DNA of 42,645 bases. Origin: Polyangiales bacterium. GTDB lineage: Bacteria > Myxococcota_A > Polyangia > Polyangiales > Houyiibacteriaceae. The position numbers and the translations under genes are program-made. The stretch lies in assembly GCA_045106895.1 (NCBI GenBank), contig JBGCFM010000058.1, positions 1 to 42,645 of the forward strand, given 5' to 3'. Of this stretch, positions 17,321-27,245 are shown one piece after another; positions within the stretch are counted from its first letter, which is position 1, and each line of letters opens with the position of its first letter. The notes under the pieces are model-generated. The model was not told the DNA's origin and did no database searches. It worked only from the letters and a program-made list of their open reading frames with translations.

Positions 17321-19320
17321 TGGGCGATCGCGCTAAAGCTCCCGCCCGAGGGGAAGAGGAAGAGCCCTTGCCCGCCAACTTGATCCTCAGTGAACAAGCC
17401 GACATGAACGACCATTCCATTTGCCGCGAGGGTGACGATGGCTTGGCGCCCGCTCCCCTGTAAATCGACGGTGGCGTTGCTCCGCCCGAAGCGCTCTTCG
17501 TTGAACACGCGGATCCGCGTCGTCGCGAACAGGGGATCGACGGTGTAGGCGACATGGTACATGCCTCCCGTCTCCCCAAAGGTTGCATCCAGAGCTTCAC
17601 TCGCGCCCACCGCGACACGCCCTCGCGGGGTCCCGTCGAGGAGACCCATAGCCACGCTCGCTTCCGTCTCCCAGCCAAAGCCGGTGATTCCTTCTTGGCG
17701 ACCGTCGTCGAAGTAGATGGAGAGGCGGTCGAGGAGTGGACGGGCGATGGCAAACTCCGGGCGACCATTCCCATCCATGTCGATGCCTCCCGTGATCGCG
17801 AGCACGTCGCCGAAGCTGTCGCCGGCCTCGCCCGTTGAAAAGCTGAACGACCCCGGGAGACGTTCCGGGGTGCGCTCGGCGAGGGAGTAGACATCGACGC
17901 GCATCATGTCTGCGGCGATTCGACTCACCACCGCGAGGTCCGCTGCTCCGTCCCCGTCTCGGTCTCCGGCGGTGGAGATGTGCTCGGCGAAGTCGATGAC
18001 ATCGCCTGGGTCGCGAACCTGCACCGTGCGCCCCGCGTTGAAGGTGGCTCCACCGAGTTGCACTCGGACCTCGCCCTCGGTGACGAAGGCGAAATCAGTA
18101 AAACCGTCCGCATCCACGTCGCCGAGCCAGTGCACGTCGCTCGCGTCGCCGGCGTCGATGGACCCTGCGTCCACCACGTCATCGAAGAAGCGAACGCGTC
18201 GCGCGTCGAACGCTCCGGTCAACACCGCCAACTCGCCCACTCCGTCGCCGTCGTAGTCGCCGATCCAAGTGCCGATCTGAAGATCGATGGACGCCACAAC
18301 GGCGTTGCCCCGCTGACCGGTCCCAAGGGTCGAAAACTGGACGAGTATGGAGCTCGCGTCACGGCCGTTGATCGTGAAGAGATCACCATCGCCGTCGCCG
18401 TCGACGTCTTCCTTCACGCGGCCCACGTCGAGGTAGCGAGCGTCCGAGAACACACAGGCCATTCCTGCTGGCGTCACACAGGCGCCGACGCGAAACGCGT
18501 AGCGTGCGCCGAGAGGTCCGACCGCTGTGTCCAGTTCTACTCTCAACGGCGAGTCTGGGCGCGCCTGGAGTTCGGCGGTCACAACGCGCGCAGCGACTTC
18601 AGCAAAATCGCAATCCGGCCAGCTATCACAAGCGGAGAACTCAACAACATAGGATTCCGCTCGCTCAGACTCTTCCCAGCGAACAAGGGGCCGTAGGGGC
18701 GCATCCACGACGCCGGTGTCCGTGGGTGCGAGAGCTGACCCCGTCGTCACGCCATTCCACGGCGACACGACAATGGGCGCTTCAAGCGTGGGGCCCGCGT
18801 CATTGCCCGCGTCGAACACATCCGGCTGTGCATCGGGAGGACCTGCATCCACGCTCGAATCAAAGCCGCCGTCCATGCCCATTGGAACATCGGCGCCCCC
18901 GTCGAGCCCGCCGCAGGATCCAAGTGTGCACATCCCCGCAACACAAGCGTCTCCTGAAGAAGCCCCGAGCACGAGCGAGACAACATCCGAGCTGCTTGGA
19001 ATCTCCACGACCTGGCATCGCTCTGCGACCACGCCACACATCGCGTCGTGTGCGACCCCGCGCACGGCATAGCTGCCAGGACTCAAGTCGGGCAGGTCCA
19101 TGCCGGCGTCCATTCGCGTGATGGCGCTTCGGTAGAGCTCTTCGCCTCCGCCGTCGCATCCGCCCTCGGTGATGGTGATCGTGACGGCGACGACATCGTC
19201 CACGGGGACGCCGTCGGCGAACGAGACCTCGAGGCTCTGGTCTGCCGAACAACCGACTCCAAGGAGTGTGAGCGCCATCCAGGCGAAAGCGTGGCTCAAC
19301 ATATTTGTGCGATTCACCAT
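17317..19320 (-). CDS. Lipoprotein with Cys-rich N-domain and FG-GAP/VCBS-type repeats
   Basis: LGVGC lipobox; repeats DVDGDGDGDL, GDYDGDGVGELAV, GDVDADGFTDFA, GDRDGDGAADLAV, DMDGNGRPEFAI; start ATG 19320. Confidence 0.85.
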   Translation of the reverse strand: MVNRTNMLSHAFAWMALTLLGVGCSADQSLEVSFADGVPVDDVVAVTITITEGGCDGGGEELYRSAITRMDAGMDLPDLSPGSYAVRGVAHDAMCGVVAERCQVVEIPSSSDVVSLVLGASSGDACVAGMCTLGSCGGLDGGADVPMGMDGGFDSSVDAGPPDAQPDVFDAGNDAGPTLEAPIVVSPWNGVTTGSALAPTDTGVVDAPLRPLVRWEESERAESYVVEFSACDSWPDCDFAEVAARVVTAELQARPDSPLRVELDTAVGPLGARYAFRVGACVTPAGMACVFSDARYLDVGRVKEDVDGDGDGDLFTINGRDASSILVQFSTLGTGQRGNAVVASIDLQIGTWIGDYDGDGVGELAVLTGAFDARRVRFFDDVVDAGSIDAGDASDVHWLGDVDADGFTDFAFVTEGEVRVQLGGATFNAGRTVQVRDPGDVIDFAEHISTAGDRDGDGAADLAVVSRIAADMMRVDVYSLAERTPERLPGSFSFSTGEAGDSFGDVLAITGGIDMDGNGRPEFAIARPLLDRLSIYFDDGRQEGITGFGWETEASVAMGLLDGTPRGRVAVGASEALDATFGETGGMYHVAYTVDPLFATTRIRVFNEERFGRSNATVDLQGSGRQAIVTLAANGMVVHVGLFTEDQVGGQGLFLFPSGGSFSAIAQ

Positions 19321-20132
19321 GACACCACCGGAGGACCCGAGAAGGAAGCGTTGTCGTCTGCGCGGCTCACGAAGATGATCGCGAGGGTGGCCCCAACGAC
19401 CACAAGCGCGGCGGCAACGCCGATAAGGATATTGCGGGTCCGTGGGCGAGCGGCGGGCGCAACGCTCACGTCCGTGGACTCCGGCGAATACTGAATCGGA
19501 GCCTCCTCCGTTCCCGTCTCCGCGAGGACCGCTCCGCCGGGGCCAACCGCCTGGGCGATGTACTCCACCGCGCCGCGGGGGTGAGTCGCCGTGTTCCCCG
19601 ACGCCTCGAGCCACTCGCCGTCCGTCCCGCGAGTGCGAAGGACGATGCGCTCAACGAGAGCGCCCGTGTCGCCGAGAGTGGACGCACGAAAGACCACCTC
19701 ATCCTCGTTCGCCTGCACGGCGACGTTCACGGCCAGAAGGCTCTCGCCGGCCTGTTCGCTCGCGGCCTCAAAGCGCCTCATCAGCGCCGGCGGCGCGCGA
19801 CCTTCTAGGGCCTCGCGATCCAATGACGCCAGCTGCAAGAGCGCCGTCTCGAGAAGAACGTCATCGCCCAAGGGCTGTGCGACGAGGACACGATGCACCA
19901 AGAGCCGCACGAAGGCGCCGCGGTCGAGCGGGTCTTCTTGCTGTGCTTGGTTGAGTTCGTCTCGCGCCGCGGCGAACTCCCCTTGTTCATAAGCCTCGAT
20001 GGCCGCGTCGAGGTGAGGACTCTGAGCCTGGGCGGACACCGGCAGTGCGAGGATAGCGAGTGCTGCGAGGCCGATGCAGACTCTCCGGCCCCCGGCGCAG
20101 GCGCTTGAATCGAAACAGCGAATCGAGGTCAT
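19314..20132 (-). CDS. Exported TPR-like protein with C-terminal membrane anchor
   Basis: Signal peptide ...PVSAQA-Q; AIEAYEQGEFAAARDEL TPR-like helix; C-terminal TM ILIGVAAALVVVGATLAIIFV; start uncertain (20132/20150/20174). Confidence 0.72.
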   Translation of the reverse strand: MTSIRCFDSSACAGGRRVCIGLAALAILALPVSAQAQSPHLDAAIEAYEQGEFAAARDELNQAQQEDPLDRGAFVRLLVHRVLVAQPLGDDVLLETALLQLASLDREALEGRAPPALMRRFEAASEQAGESLLAVNVAVQANEDEVVFRASTLGDTGALVERIVLRTRGTDGEWLEASGNTATHPRGAVEYIAQAVGPGGAVLAETGTEEAPIQYSPESTDVSVAPAARPRTRNILIGVAAALVVVGATLAIIFVSRADDNASFSGPPVVSW

Positions 20133-20191
20133 GAGCCCCAATGGTCTCATAATCGGCGCATCAACGCGCGCCAAAGACGCGCACAGAAACG

Positions 20192-20241
20192 TATTTGATG
20201 GGGAGCCAGGAGGTTTCTGGCCAAAACGTCCCTACCAAATA
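20192..20241. other. Intergenic imperfect inverted repeat / hairpin downstream of tamB
   Basis: TATTTGATGGGGA (20192-20204) vs TCCCTACCAAATA (20229-20241), 11/13 complementary; inner GCCAGGA/TTCTGGC stem. Confidence 0.55.
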
Positions 20242-20265
20242 TCGCCTCGGTGGCTCGCGTCAGCG

Positions 20266-23200
20266 CTACGGCGTCCAGGTTACGTCGGCACCCCAATTTG
20301 TATTTCCACCGGACACACTCGGCGCGACGCTCCCGCTCAGCTGCACGGAGCGCGGAAAATCAAGCTCCATACGAACGCCAACGTTGGTGCCGCCGGATGA
20401 CTGAACATCGCCCTCTGTGTTGAGGAACCCCTCCACGTAAAAGCCCAAGATGATGTCACGCACGCTCTCCGGGAGCAGCTGCTCCAGGTTCTTGCCGATG
20501 CCGTATCGCGAGCCGCCGGTGGAGTTGCCCTCGATGGTAATGTTCGGGACGTACGCGCCAAACTCTTCGCGAAGTGTGAGCGTCAGAGCGCCACTAGCGA
20601 CGCCGCTTAGAAAGTTCGCCGCTTGGCGGTCGGCTTCCGCGGACGTCGCCTCGCGGACGTTGCCGCTCACGAGGAGCGCGATGATCTCGGCGCGGTCGTT
20701 GGTGATCGTGCTGGAGAAGACGATGGTTGGGCTCGAGAGCCGTCCGCCGGCGGTCACGGTCACGGACTCGCCAGGGCGTGCACGCAAGTTGTGCCGCGCG
20801 ACAAGATTGACGTAAGGGTCGATGCTGTCACCGCCGTCGAAACGGAGCCAGCCGCCTTCAACATCGAAGCGGCGCGAGAAGACCTCGAAGTTACCGCCTA
20901 GGACTTGAACGCCGCCATCGACGCGGAAGATGGGGTCCCGGTAAACGACGGTGAGTTCGGCTTGAAGGTTCGCCGACAGGTCCTCCCCGGCGAGATCAAA
21001 ACCGCGTGTTCCATCTACGTGCAATTGCACCTCGAAGGGATCCGCGGGCCGCGACCGAGTCTCTTCGCCAAAGACGTGGATCTCGGGATGATTTGTCAGG
21101 GAGATCGGGTCTCGCCCCTCGTCGGTGGGGAGCGTTACGTCGAGCTCATGCACCTGAAGCTCCCCCTGCATCGTCTTGGCTTCGATGATCGTACGAAACG
21201 CAGCGTCCCCGCTGAGGAGCGCGATCACGCTCCCTTCTTGTCGAACGGGAAAACTGTCCGCGGCCAGCTCAAGCTGAAGACTGCTGGGTCGGAACCCGTC
21301 CAGGCCGACATCCCCCGCGATGCGCAACGCGCCGTCGCCGTCGGTAGCGTGGAGGTTTTGGAGCGTGATGCGGTCGTCCTCAAAGAGCAGCGTCCCCGCC
21401 ACATCATCGAGGCGCTGGCCGAGGCTCTCGATGTCCACCTGTCCATGGTCGACATCGACCGCTCCGGCGAGGCTGGGCTCGGCGATGCTGCCGCTGAGAT
21501 GCACGTCGCCGGACGCGACGCCAGCGACGTTGCGGAAGCCGGGGAGCCAAAGCAGCGCCGCTTCGAGGGGCATGTCGTCGAGACGAACGTCCGCGTGGAG
21601 CCCCGTGTTGAGGCCGATGTCCGGGGTCCCTTCGACGATCTCGAGTTCAGTGTCGCCCGTCGCGAAGATGGTTCCGCCGTTCCACCACTGCCCGTCCAAC
21701 TGCATCGTCGCGGCGCCGTTGCCAACACGACTCTCCATGCGAACGCGAAACGGCGGCGACTGAGCGGTCGTCTCGATTCGTTCCTCCCCGTCCGCGTTGA
21801 GCACTGCCACCCGCCGCACGATGAGCTCGTCGCCGGCAACATCGAGAAAGGCACGCATGTCGTCGGTGAAGAGGTCGCGGGCCGTGAGTACAACGCTCAG
21901 CGGGCCGCCCGCGTACTCGCAGGCGTAAGGCACCTCATCGAGGGGTACGTTCTGAAGATAGAGCGCGATCTCCGTGGGCGGGAGCTGCGCCTCACCACGC
22001 CCCGCGATCCATTCGTCGAGGGGCGCCGGGGCGTCCGCTTCGAGGAACATGACCGGCTCGTTCTGAATGAGTCCACGCGCCTCAAGGTGGGCGATGCCTT
22101 CGTTGAGGCCGCCTCGAATGGAGACCCGGGGGATCCCACCGCGGCCGCAGCGCATCTCGTCGAGGTCACCGATCCACTCCACGTCCGCGATGACGTCGGC
22201 CACCGGCCGGAAGGCGCCACCACGAACCGTCAGCGTCGCGGAGGCGCGCAGGGCTTCGCTCATCGGAATCTGTTCGGAGATAGGCGGAGGCAGCGTCGAC
22301 AGGTCGCGCGGTGCCATTCGGAAAGAAGCGCGCCACGGAGCGACCTCGAGCATTGGAACGAGGAGCTCCGGGTACTCGAGCGCCGATGCAAGGTCGAAGA
22401 GGAGGCTGACCTCGCCCTCCAGGAGCTCTCCAGATTCGTCGAGGGTGAGAGCGCGGACGATGAGCGAACCGCTGTCGTAGCTGAGGGTGGACTGAACGCC
22501 GATGGGCGGCAGACCTGCAATCTTGACAGCGGCGGCGTTGACGTTGCCTTGGAAGTCGAAGATGCCGAAACCGCCGCTCAACGTCAGGGTCCCATCTGCG
22601 CGACCTTCGATCTCGGGCAACCCTTCCACGCCGAGGTCTTCGACGAGCGTCAGGTCCAGGTGGGTGGCCTCCAGTCGTGCCTCGTAAGACCCGTCCCTCC
22701 ATGAGTCGACAAGGGGGACCCCTTGGTCGAGGATGCCTTCGATGGAGAGGTCCAGGTCACCGCGCTGCACGTGGTGGATGCGTGCATCGATGCCGAGTTC
22801 GCCCGGCCCATGGGTCGCCAAGAAGTCGCCAGATACATCTTCGACACCGAAGCCCCCGAACCCATCCACGTGCCCTTCGATGGAGATGTCCGGCTGCCCC
22901 TCGAAGTCGCCCTGGATCTCCGCCGTTCCTTCCAGAAGACCCGCGAGCTGAGGCATGTCCGGGAGCCACGCCAGAATGCCCGCGAGGTCGAGGTCGTCGA
23001 CGCGGAGGGCGAGGTTATCTTGGGATCCACGTCGAAAAGCCCAGTCGGCGCTCAAATCGATGGACTCGTCGCGGTTTTGGAACGTCGCCGAACGAACACT
23101 CATGGACCCACCTTGCATCGACAGGTCCGAGACGCTGCCCTCCCAGCGCTGGTCGTGGCCGACCAAGGTTACGCTGGGGAAATTGGCGACGATTCCGCCA

Positions 23201-24927
23201 GGCACGACGCGAAAGCCCCCTTCGAAACCAAAACGTTGATCGGGGTGTCGAAACGCGGCGCGAGTTTGGTAACGGGTCGGGCCGCCGACGAGGCGTCCGT
23301 CGCCGTCTCCGAGGGGCACGTCGAAGGCTGTGGCGCCCACGCTGTGGAGCGTGAGCTGAACCACGGGGGCATCAACGTTCCCGTCGACGTGACCGGCAGC
23401 GACGAGTCGTCGAACAAAGACGGGTCCATATCGAAAACCGTTGATCACAAAACGGCCGCGCGCGGAGAGCGTTCCGTCTTCGCCCAGGGTGGCGCGGCCG
23501 TCGATATCGAGATTTCCTCGCGCGCCGGGAATAAGCTCAGCGAGCAAGGGCTGCTGATCGATGCGGCCGACGCTTCCTTCGACCTCGACGTCTAGGTTGC
23601 CTTCGTAGTCGACGCTGCCCGTGACGCGAAGACCACCGCCTCCGGTGTTCACCATGACTTCGCCGAGCTCGAAGGCGTCTTCGCCAAGCTCACCGCTCAC
23701 GGAGAGCGCGGGGATCGGCATTCCCGCCCACTCGGTGGGCTCCACGTCGGCATCGACGAGTACCTCATCGCCGTTGACGCGGAGTCGCGCGCGGCCGGCC
23801 ACGTGAAGGTCCGGCGCGCCACGGACCACCGGCAAGAGGTCGAGCCCCTCGGTGCGCATTTCGACGACGATTTCGCCCTCCGAGGGAAGACGCCCGAGCA
23901 CGGCGACCTGGCCGCCCGCGGTGTCGAGGGTCGCGCGCATTGTGAGGTCATCGGAGGGACCGCGAAAGCTCACGTACCCTTCGGTGCGACCCGCGAGGAT
24001 CTCGGCCCAGTCAAAACCGAGCTCGTGAAGGCGCTCGGCATGGAGCGGTTTGGCTCGAATCAGGATATCGAGTTCGGGCTCATCGTCGGCGGCGCCGCCT
24101 TCAGGGACGGCGTAACGAAGGTTGACGGCGGCTTGGTCTTCGCCGGCATTCGCGTTTGTATGAAGAGTGGTTCCCGCGAAGGGGTCCGACTCGATGCGCG
24201 CCGTGAGGTCTTTGATATTGGCCACGAAGGGCCATGGCGCGACGATTTGACCGTCGGCATCGAAGACGGAGATGACCATCTCGTCCTCGAACTCCATGCG
24301 GCCATGAGCGCTGAGGTTCTCGATGCGAATGCCTTCGATTCCGAGGAGCGCGCCCTCGGCGACGACGTTCGCCAGGTGCATATCGTCGACGACGGCGTGA
24401 AAAGGCGCGCTGTTCGGGTCGCTCGGTGTGGGGTCCGAAGACTCAAAGGCGGCGAGAAAGCTCGGGAGACCGTCTGCCCCTTCGATGAGCTGCACGTGTC
24501 CACCGTCGAGGCGAGCGTGGGAGATACGCAGGCCGCCGTCCATGGCGAACCCCAGGTCGAGGATGAGACGAATCTCGTCGCCATGAATGACCTCTTCCCC
24601 GTCCGGGTCGTAGAGCGAGACGTTGGAGACGAAGACCTCGGCTGCACCCGGATGTTGGATGACGATGCTGTCGATGCTTCCGATGTCCAAGGTGCCCATG
24701 ATCATCGAGGACACATACTCGTTGAGGACCTCGCGGGCGCCTTCGCGGACCACACGCGTGTTGATGTGAAACGCGACGGAGACCAGAACGCAGACGATGA
24801 GCGCGAGGAGCCACATGAGCGCCCGGAAGGTGCGCCGCGCGAAGCTTGTCGAGGACAGCGACTCGTCGACCTCGTCGGCAATTTCTTCGGCGAGCTCGTC
24901 GGCGACCTCGTTTGCGTCGAGGCCCAC
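20266..24927 (-). CDS. tamB: Translocation and assembly module TamB / AsmA-like protein (DUF490 C-terminus)
   Basis: 1553 aa; N-terminal TM anchor; long Gly-rich beta-strand repeats; C-terminal GNFEVFSRRFDVEGGWLRFDG..DPYVNL; 1-nt overlap with upstream Omp85 gene. Confidence 0.85.
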   Translation of the reverse strand: MGLDANEVADELAEEIADEVDESLSSTSFARRTFRALMWLLALIVCVLVSVAFHINTRVVREGAREVLNEYVSSMIMGTLDIGSIDSIVIQHPGAAEVFVSNVSLYDPDGEEVIHGDEIRLILDLGFAMDGGLRISHARLDGGHVQLIEGADGLPSFLAAFESSDPTPSDPNSAPFHAVVDDMHLANVVAEGALLGIEGIRIENLSAHGRMEFEDEMVISVFDADGQIVAPWPFVANIKDLTARIESDPFAGTTLHTNANAGEDQAAVNLRYAVPEGGAADDEPELDILIRAKPLHAERLHELGFDWAEILAGRTEGYVSFRGPSDDLTMRATLDTAGGQVAVLGRLPSEGEIVVEMRTEGLDLLPVVRGAPDLHVAGRARLRVNGDEVLVDADVEPTEWAGMPIPALSVSGELGEDAFELGEVMVNTGGGGLRVTGSVDYEGNLDVEVEGSVGRIDQQPLLAELIPGARGNLDIDGRATLGEDGTLSARGRFVINGFRYGPVFVRRLVAAGHVDGNVDAPVVQLTLHSVGATAFDVPLGDGDGRLVGGPTRYQTRAAFRHPDQRFGFEGGFRVVPGGIVANFPSVTLVGHDQRWEGSVSDLSMQGGSMSVRSATFQNRDESIDLSADWAFRRGSQDNLALRVDDLDLAGILAWLPDMPQLAGLLEGTAEIQGDFEGQPDISIEGHVDGFGGFGVEDVSGDFLATHGPGELGIDARIHHVQRGDLDLSIEGILDQGVPLVDSWRDGSYEARLEATHLDLTLVEDLGVEGLPEIEGRADGTLTLSGGFGIFDFQGNVNAAAVKIAGLPPIGVQSTLSYDSGSLIVRALTLDESGELLEGEVSLLFDLASALEYPELLVPMLEVAPWRASFRMAPRDLSTLPPPISEQIPMSEALRASATLTVRGGAFRPVADVIADVEWIGDLDEMRCGRGGIPRVSIRGGLNEGIAHLEARGLIQNEPVMFLEADAPAPLDEWIAGRGEAQLPPTEIALYLQNVPLDEVPYACEYAGGPLSVVLTARDLFTDDMRAFLDVAGDELIVRRVAVLNADGEERIETTAQSPPFRVRMESRVGNGAATMQLDGQWWNGGTIFATGDTELEIVEGTPDIGLNTGLHADVRLDDMPLEAALLWLPGFRNVAGVASGDVHLSGSIAEPSLAGAVDVDHGQVDIESLGQRLDDVAGTLLFEDDRITLQNLHATDGDGALRIAGDVGLDGFRPSSLQLELAADSFPVRQEGSVIALLSGDAAFRTIIEAKTMQGELQVHELDVTLPTDEGRDPISLTNHPEIHVFGEETRSRPADPFEVQLHVDGTRGFDLAGEDLSANLQAELTVVYRDPIFRVDGGVQVLGGNFEVFSRRFDVEGGWLRFDGGDSIDPYVNLVARHNLRARPGESVTVTAGGRLSSPTIVFSSTITNDRAEIIALLVSGNVREATSAEADRQAANFLSGVASGALTLTLREEFGAYVPNITIEGNSTGGSRYGIGKNLEQLLPESVRDIILGFYVEGFLNTEGDVQSSGGTNVGVRMELDFPRSVQLSGSVAPSVSGGNTNWGADVTWTP

Positions 24928-27161
24928 TAGAACGCCTCACCGATGGTGAGATGGATAGCGCCGCCGAAGGGCGACGTTGCATCGCAGGGGTCGTCGGGGT
25001 CCATCGTCGGCGTGCACATCACCGGCGAGGTCGGCGGGCTGCTGAAGAAACCGCCATAGTGTCCCCAGTCATCGACCTGAGCGTCATTCGCGAGAAATGC
25101 GACGTCGAGGCGGAAGGGCCCAATGAGGGTTTGGTATCGAAGACCGAACCCAAGTGCTAGGCGTGTTCGGGAGAACCGAAACTCCGGCATTCGGTTGATG
25201 TCGCCAATGTCGGCGAAAGCGACGGCACCGAAGTCGTCGTTGAAGAGGAAACGTAGTTCCAGGGAGGCACCCCAGCGCCGAAGGCCGCCAGCGTTTTGCG
25301 CGAAAACGGCATCGGGATCGCCTCCCGGTACCGGCTCAAACTGGTCGCCCATGAATCCCGCCTGAAAACCGCGATGGCTGCTCGCGCCGCCGCCACGTAG
25401 CCGGTACTGAACCGGGCCAAGCAACTGAGAAACCCGATCCAGGTCACCGTCGGCGGAGAAGATGTGCATGTAGCCAAGGCGAAAACGACCGGCGAGGACC
25501 AGGGGACCAAGGGGAACGTAGGCGCGAACGTCCGGAACGATGCGCATGTAGTTCCAGTCCAAGAAGCTCGCTTCTTGGAGGTCGAGGCCAAAGTACAAAC
25601 CTAGGCGCGGGTTGACGCTGTTGTCTCGAAGGTCGAGGGCGAACTGCTGCTTAAAAAAGAAGAGCTGCGAGTCCGACGCCAGGTCTTGACGTTGCGTGGG
25701 AAGATAGAGGTTGTAGTGAACGCCGATGCTGGCGCTGAGTCTTCCATCGAAGAAAGAGCGCTGAAGTGCGATGTCCGCGTCGAAGCTGTGTCGCACCACG
25801 GCGCCGAGGTTTGGGTCGGGTCCAAAGTCCCAGCGGCCGCTGACGACGAGCGTCGTACGTGCTTCGATGAACGCCGGCTGCCGGAACTCGAAACGAAGCT
25901 CGTTTCCTAAGCTCGGCGTGAGTGTCTCGCCGTCATCGGATTCGGCGCGGGCTCGCGGAAAGCTCGTCGGAAAAATCAGCTTGGGCCGCTCCTCGATGCG
26001 AAAACGTCGGAGGCCGCCGAGGAAATTCCGGTGTTCGATGAAACCCAGAAGGTGAATATCCCACTGGTCGGAGTCCAACTGTTGCGTCGAGCCCGTGCCG
26101 ATGACACCGCTCTGGAGGCCGCCACCCAAACCGTAGCGCAGGCGCCGACCGGGGCTTACCTGCACAGCCACATCGACGACGCCCGTGCAAGCCTCCTCCT
26201 CACGGCGCGGCGTCGGGATGATGTCCACGGACGCGAACGCGCCAAGGGCGTACACCGCATGGCGCGCGTCGGCGAGGAGCGCGTCGGTGAAGGGCTCACC
26301 TTCATCGATGTTCGCGGTGGCGATGATGGTCGCCCGCCGCAGGTCGCGCTCTCCGCTCAGCGTGACATCGCCAATGACATGTTCGACGCCGGGCGAAACG
26401 GTGAACGTGACGTTCGCAACGCGGTTGGTTTCGTCGAGCTGTACGTCGCCATCGACGGAGGCGCAGGCGAAGGTGGCGTTGTGAAGCACGCGCACGAGGG
26501 CAGCCTTGGTGGCCTCATACGATTGTTCATCGAAGCGCTGGCCGACCTCGAGGCTGATGGCGTCGGCGAGGTCTTCCCGAATCTCCGCGCTCAGCGCCTC
26601 TGCACCTTGGAGTTCGGTTCCGGCGACCATGACGGGCTGGCCTTCGTTGATGACGACGCTGATTTCCAGCTCGCATCCTTCTCCGCTGCGTACTCGGTCG
26701 CATTCGGAGTTCACGTCCACGCGGTCCTCCGTCGCCGCGATCGGCGGGTCATAGGACACCGTCTCGACATTCGCGTCGTAATAGCCACGAGCACGATACC
26801 AGCGACGAATACGTTGCAGATCGCGTTCGAAGACGCTGCGGTCGTAGAGGGGCCAACCTGAACGCCATGTGAGGATGGGCAATCGAACCCGAACCGCATC
26901 CTCAAAAGGAGGCTCGTTGCAGGCGGGCCGTGTCGATCGGCTCAGGTTGATGCCCGTGCGGCTCCGCTGAGAGGTGGCGAGGCACGCGCGAAGGGCGTAC
27001 TCGTCCATCTCCTCCATGCCCTCAATATTGAGGTGATCGACGGCATATCGATCCGCAGGAACATGGGCACATCCGCCAAAGACAGCGCCGACGAGGAGCA
27101 TGAGCGCCACGCGAGACCCTGAGAGGCGAGAGTCGCCTTGATTTGTTTGGGATTTTTCCAC
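24927..27161 (-). CDS. tamA: Omp85 family (TamA/BamA-like) outer membrane protein, probably lipidated
   Basis: POTRA motifs (DLQRIRRWYRARGYYDA, GQRFDEQSY, YALGAFASV); barrel motifs SHRGF, GLRYQTLIGPFRLD, terminal HLTIGEAF; FGGC lipobox; adjacent to tamB. Confidence 0.85.
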   Translation of the reverse strand: MEKSQTNQGDSRLSGSRVALMLLVGAVFGGCAHVPADRYAVDHLNIEGMEEMDEYALRACLATSQRSRTGINLSRSTRPACNEPPFEDAVRVRLPILTWRSGWPLYDRSVFERDLQRIRRWYRARGYYDANVETVSYDPPIAATEDRVDVNSECDRVRSGEGCELEISVVINEGQPVMVAGTELQGAEALSAEIREDLADAISLEVGQRFDEQSYEATKAALVRVLHNATFACASVDGDVQLDETNRVANVTFTVSPGVEHVIGDVTLSGERDLRRATIIATANIDEGEPFTDALLADARHAVYALGAFASVDIIPTPRREEEACTGVVDVAVQVSPGRRLRYGLGGGLQSGVIGTGSTQQLDSDQWDIHLLGFIEHRNFLGGLRRFRIEERPKLIFPTSFPRARAESDDGETLTPSLGNELRFEFRQPAFIEARTTLVVSGRWDFGPDPNLGAVVRHSFDADIALQRSFFDGRLSASIGVHYNLYLPTQRQDLASDSQLFFFKQQFALDLRDNSVNPRLGLYFGLDLQEASFLDWNYMRIVPDVRAYVPLGPLVLAGRFRLGYMHIFSADGDLDRVSQLLGPVQYRLRGGGASSHRGFQAGFMGDQFEPVPGGDPDAVFAQNAGGLRRWGASLELRFLFNDDFGAVAFADIGDINRMPEFRFSRTRLALGFGLRYQTLIGPFRLDVAFLANDAQVDDWGHYGGFFSSPPTSPVMCTPTMDPDDPCDATSPFGGAIHLTIGEAF

Positions 27162-27245
27162 GCGCCGGCCCTCGGGACCTTAGCTGAATTGCGACGGAGG
27201 TGAAGGCGCCGCGGCGCCCGAAAAGTGGTACAAAGCAGCGTGAGA

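Noticed and set aside
20905..22704. Long antisense ORFs (599 aa here; also 39189-41144, 23803-24930, 6239-7276, 16313-17263)
   Set aside because: Shadow frames opposite well-supported genes; expected from high-GC codon bias; no motifs
7783..27161. Treating all nine minus-strand genes as one operon or system
   Set aside because: Gaps of about 100 bp with separate promoter-like or hairpin elements at 20175-20265, 15470-15574, 12159-12260 and 8959-8987 suggest several transcription units
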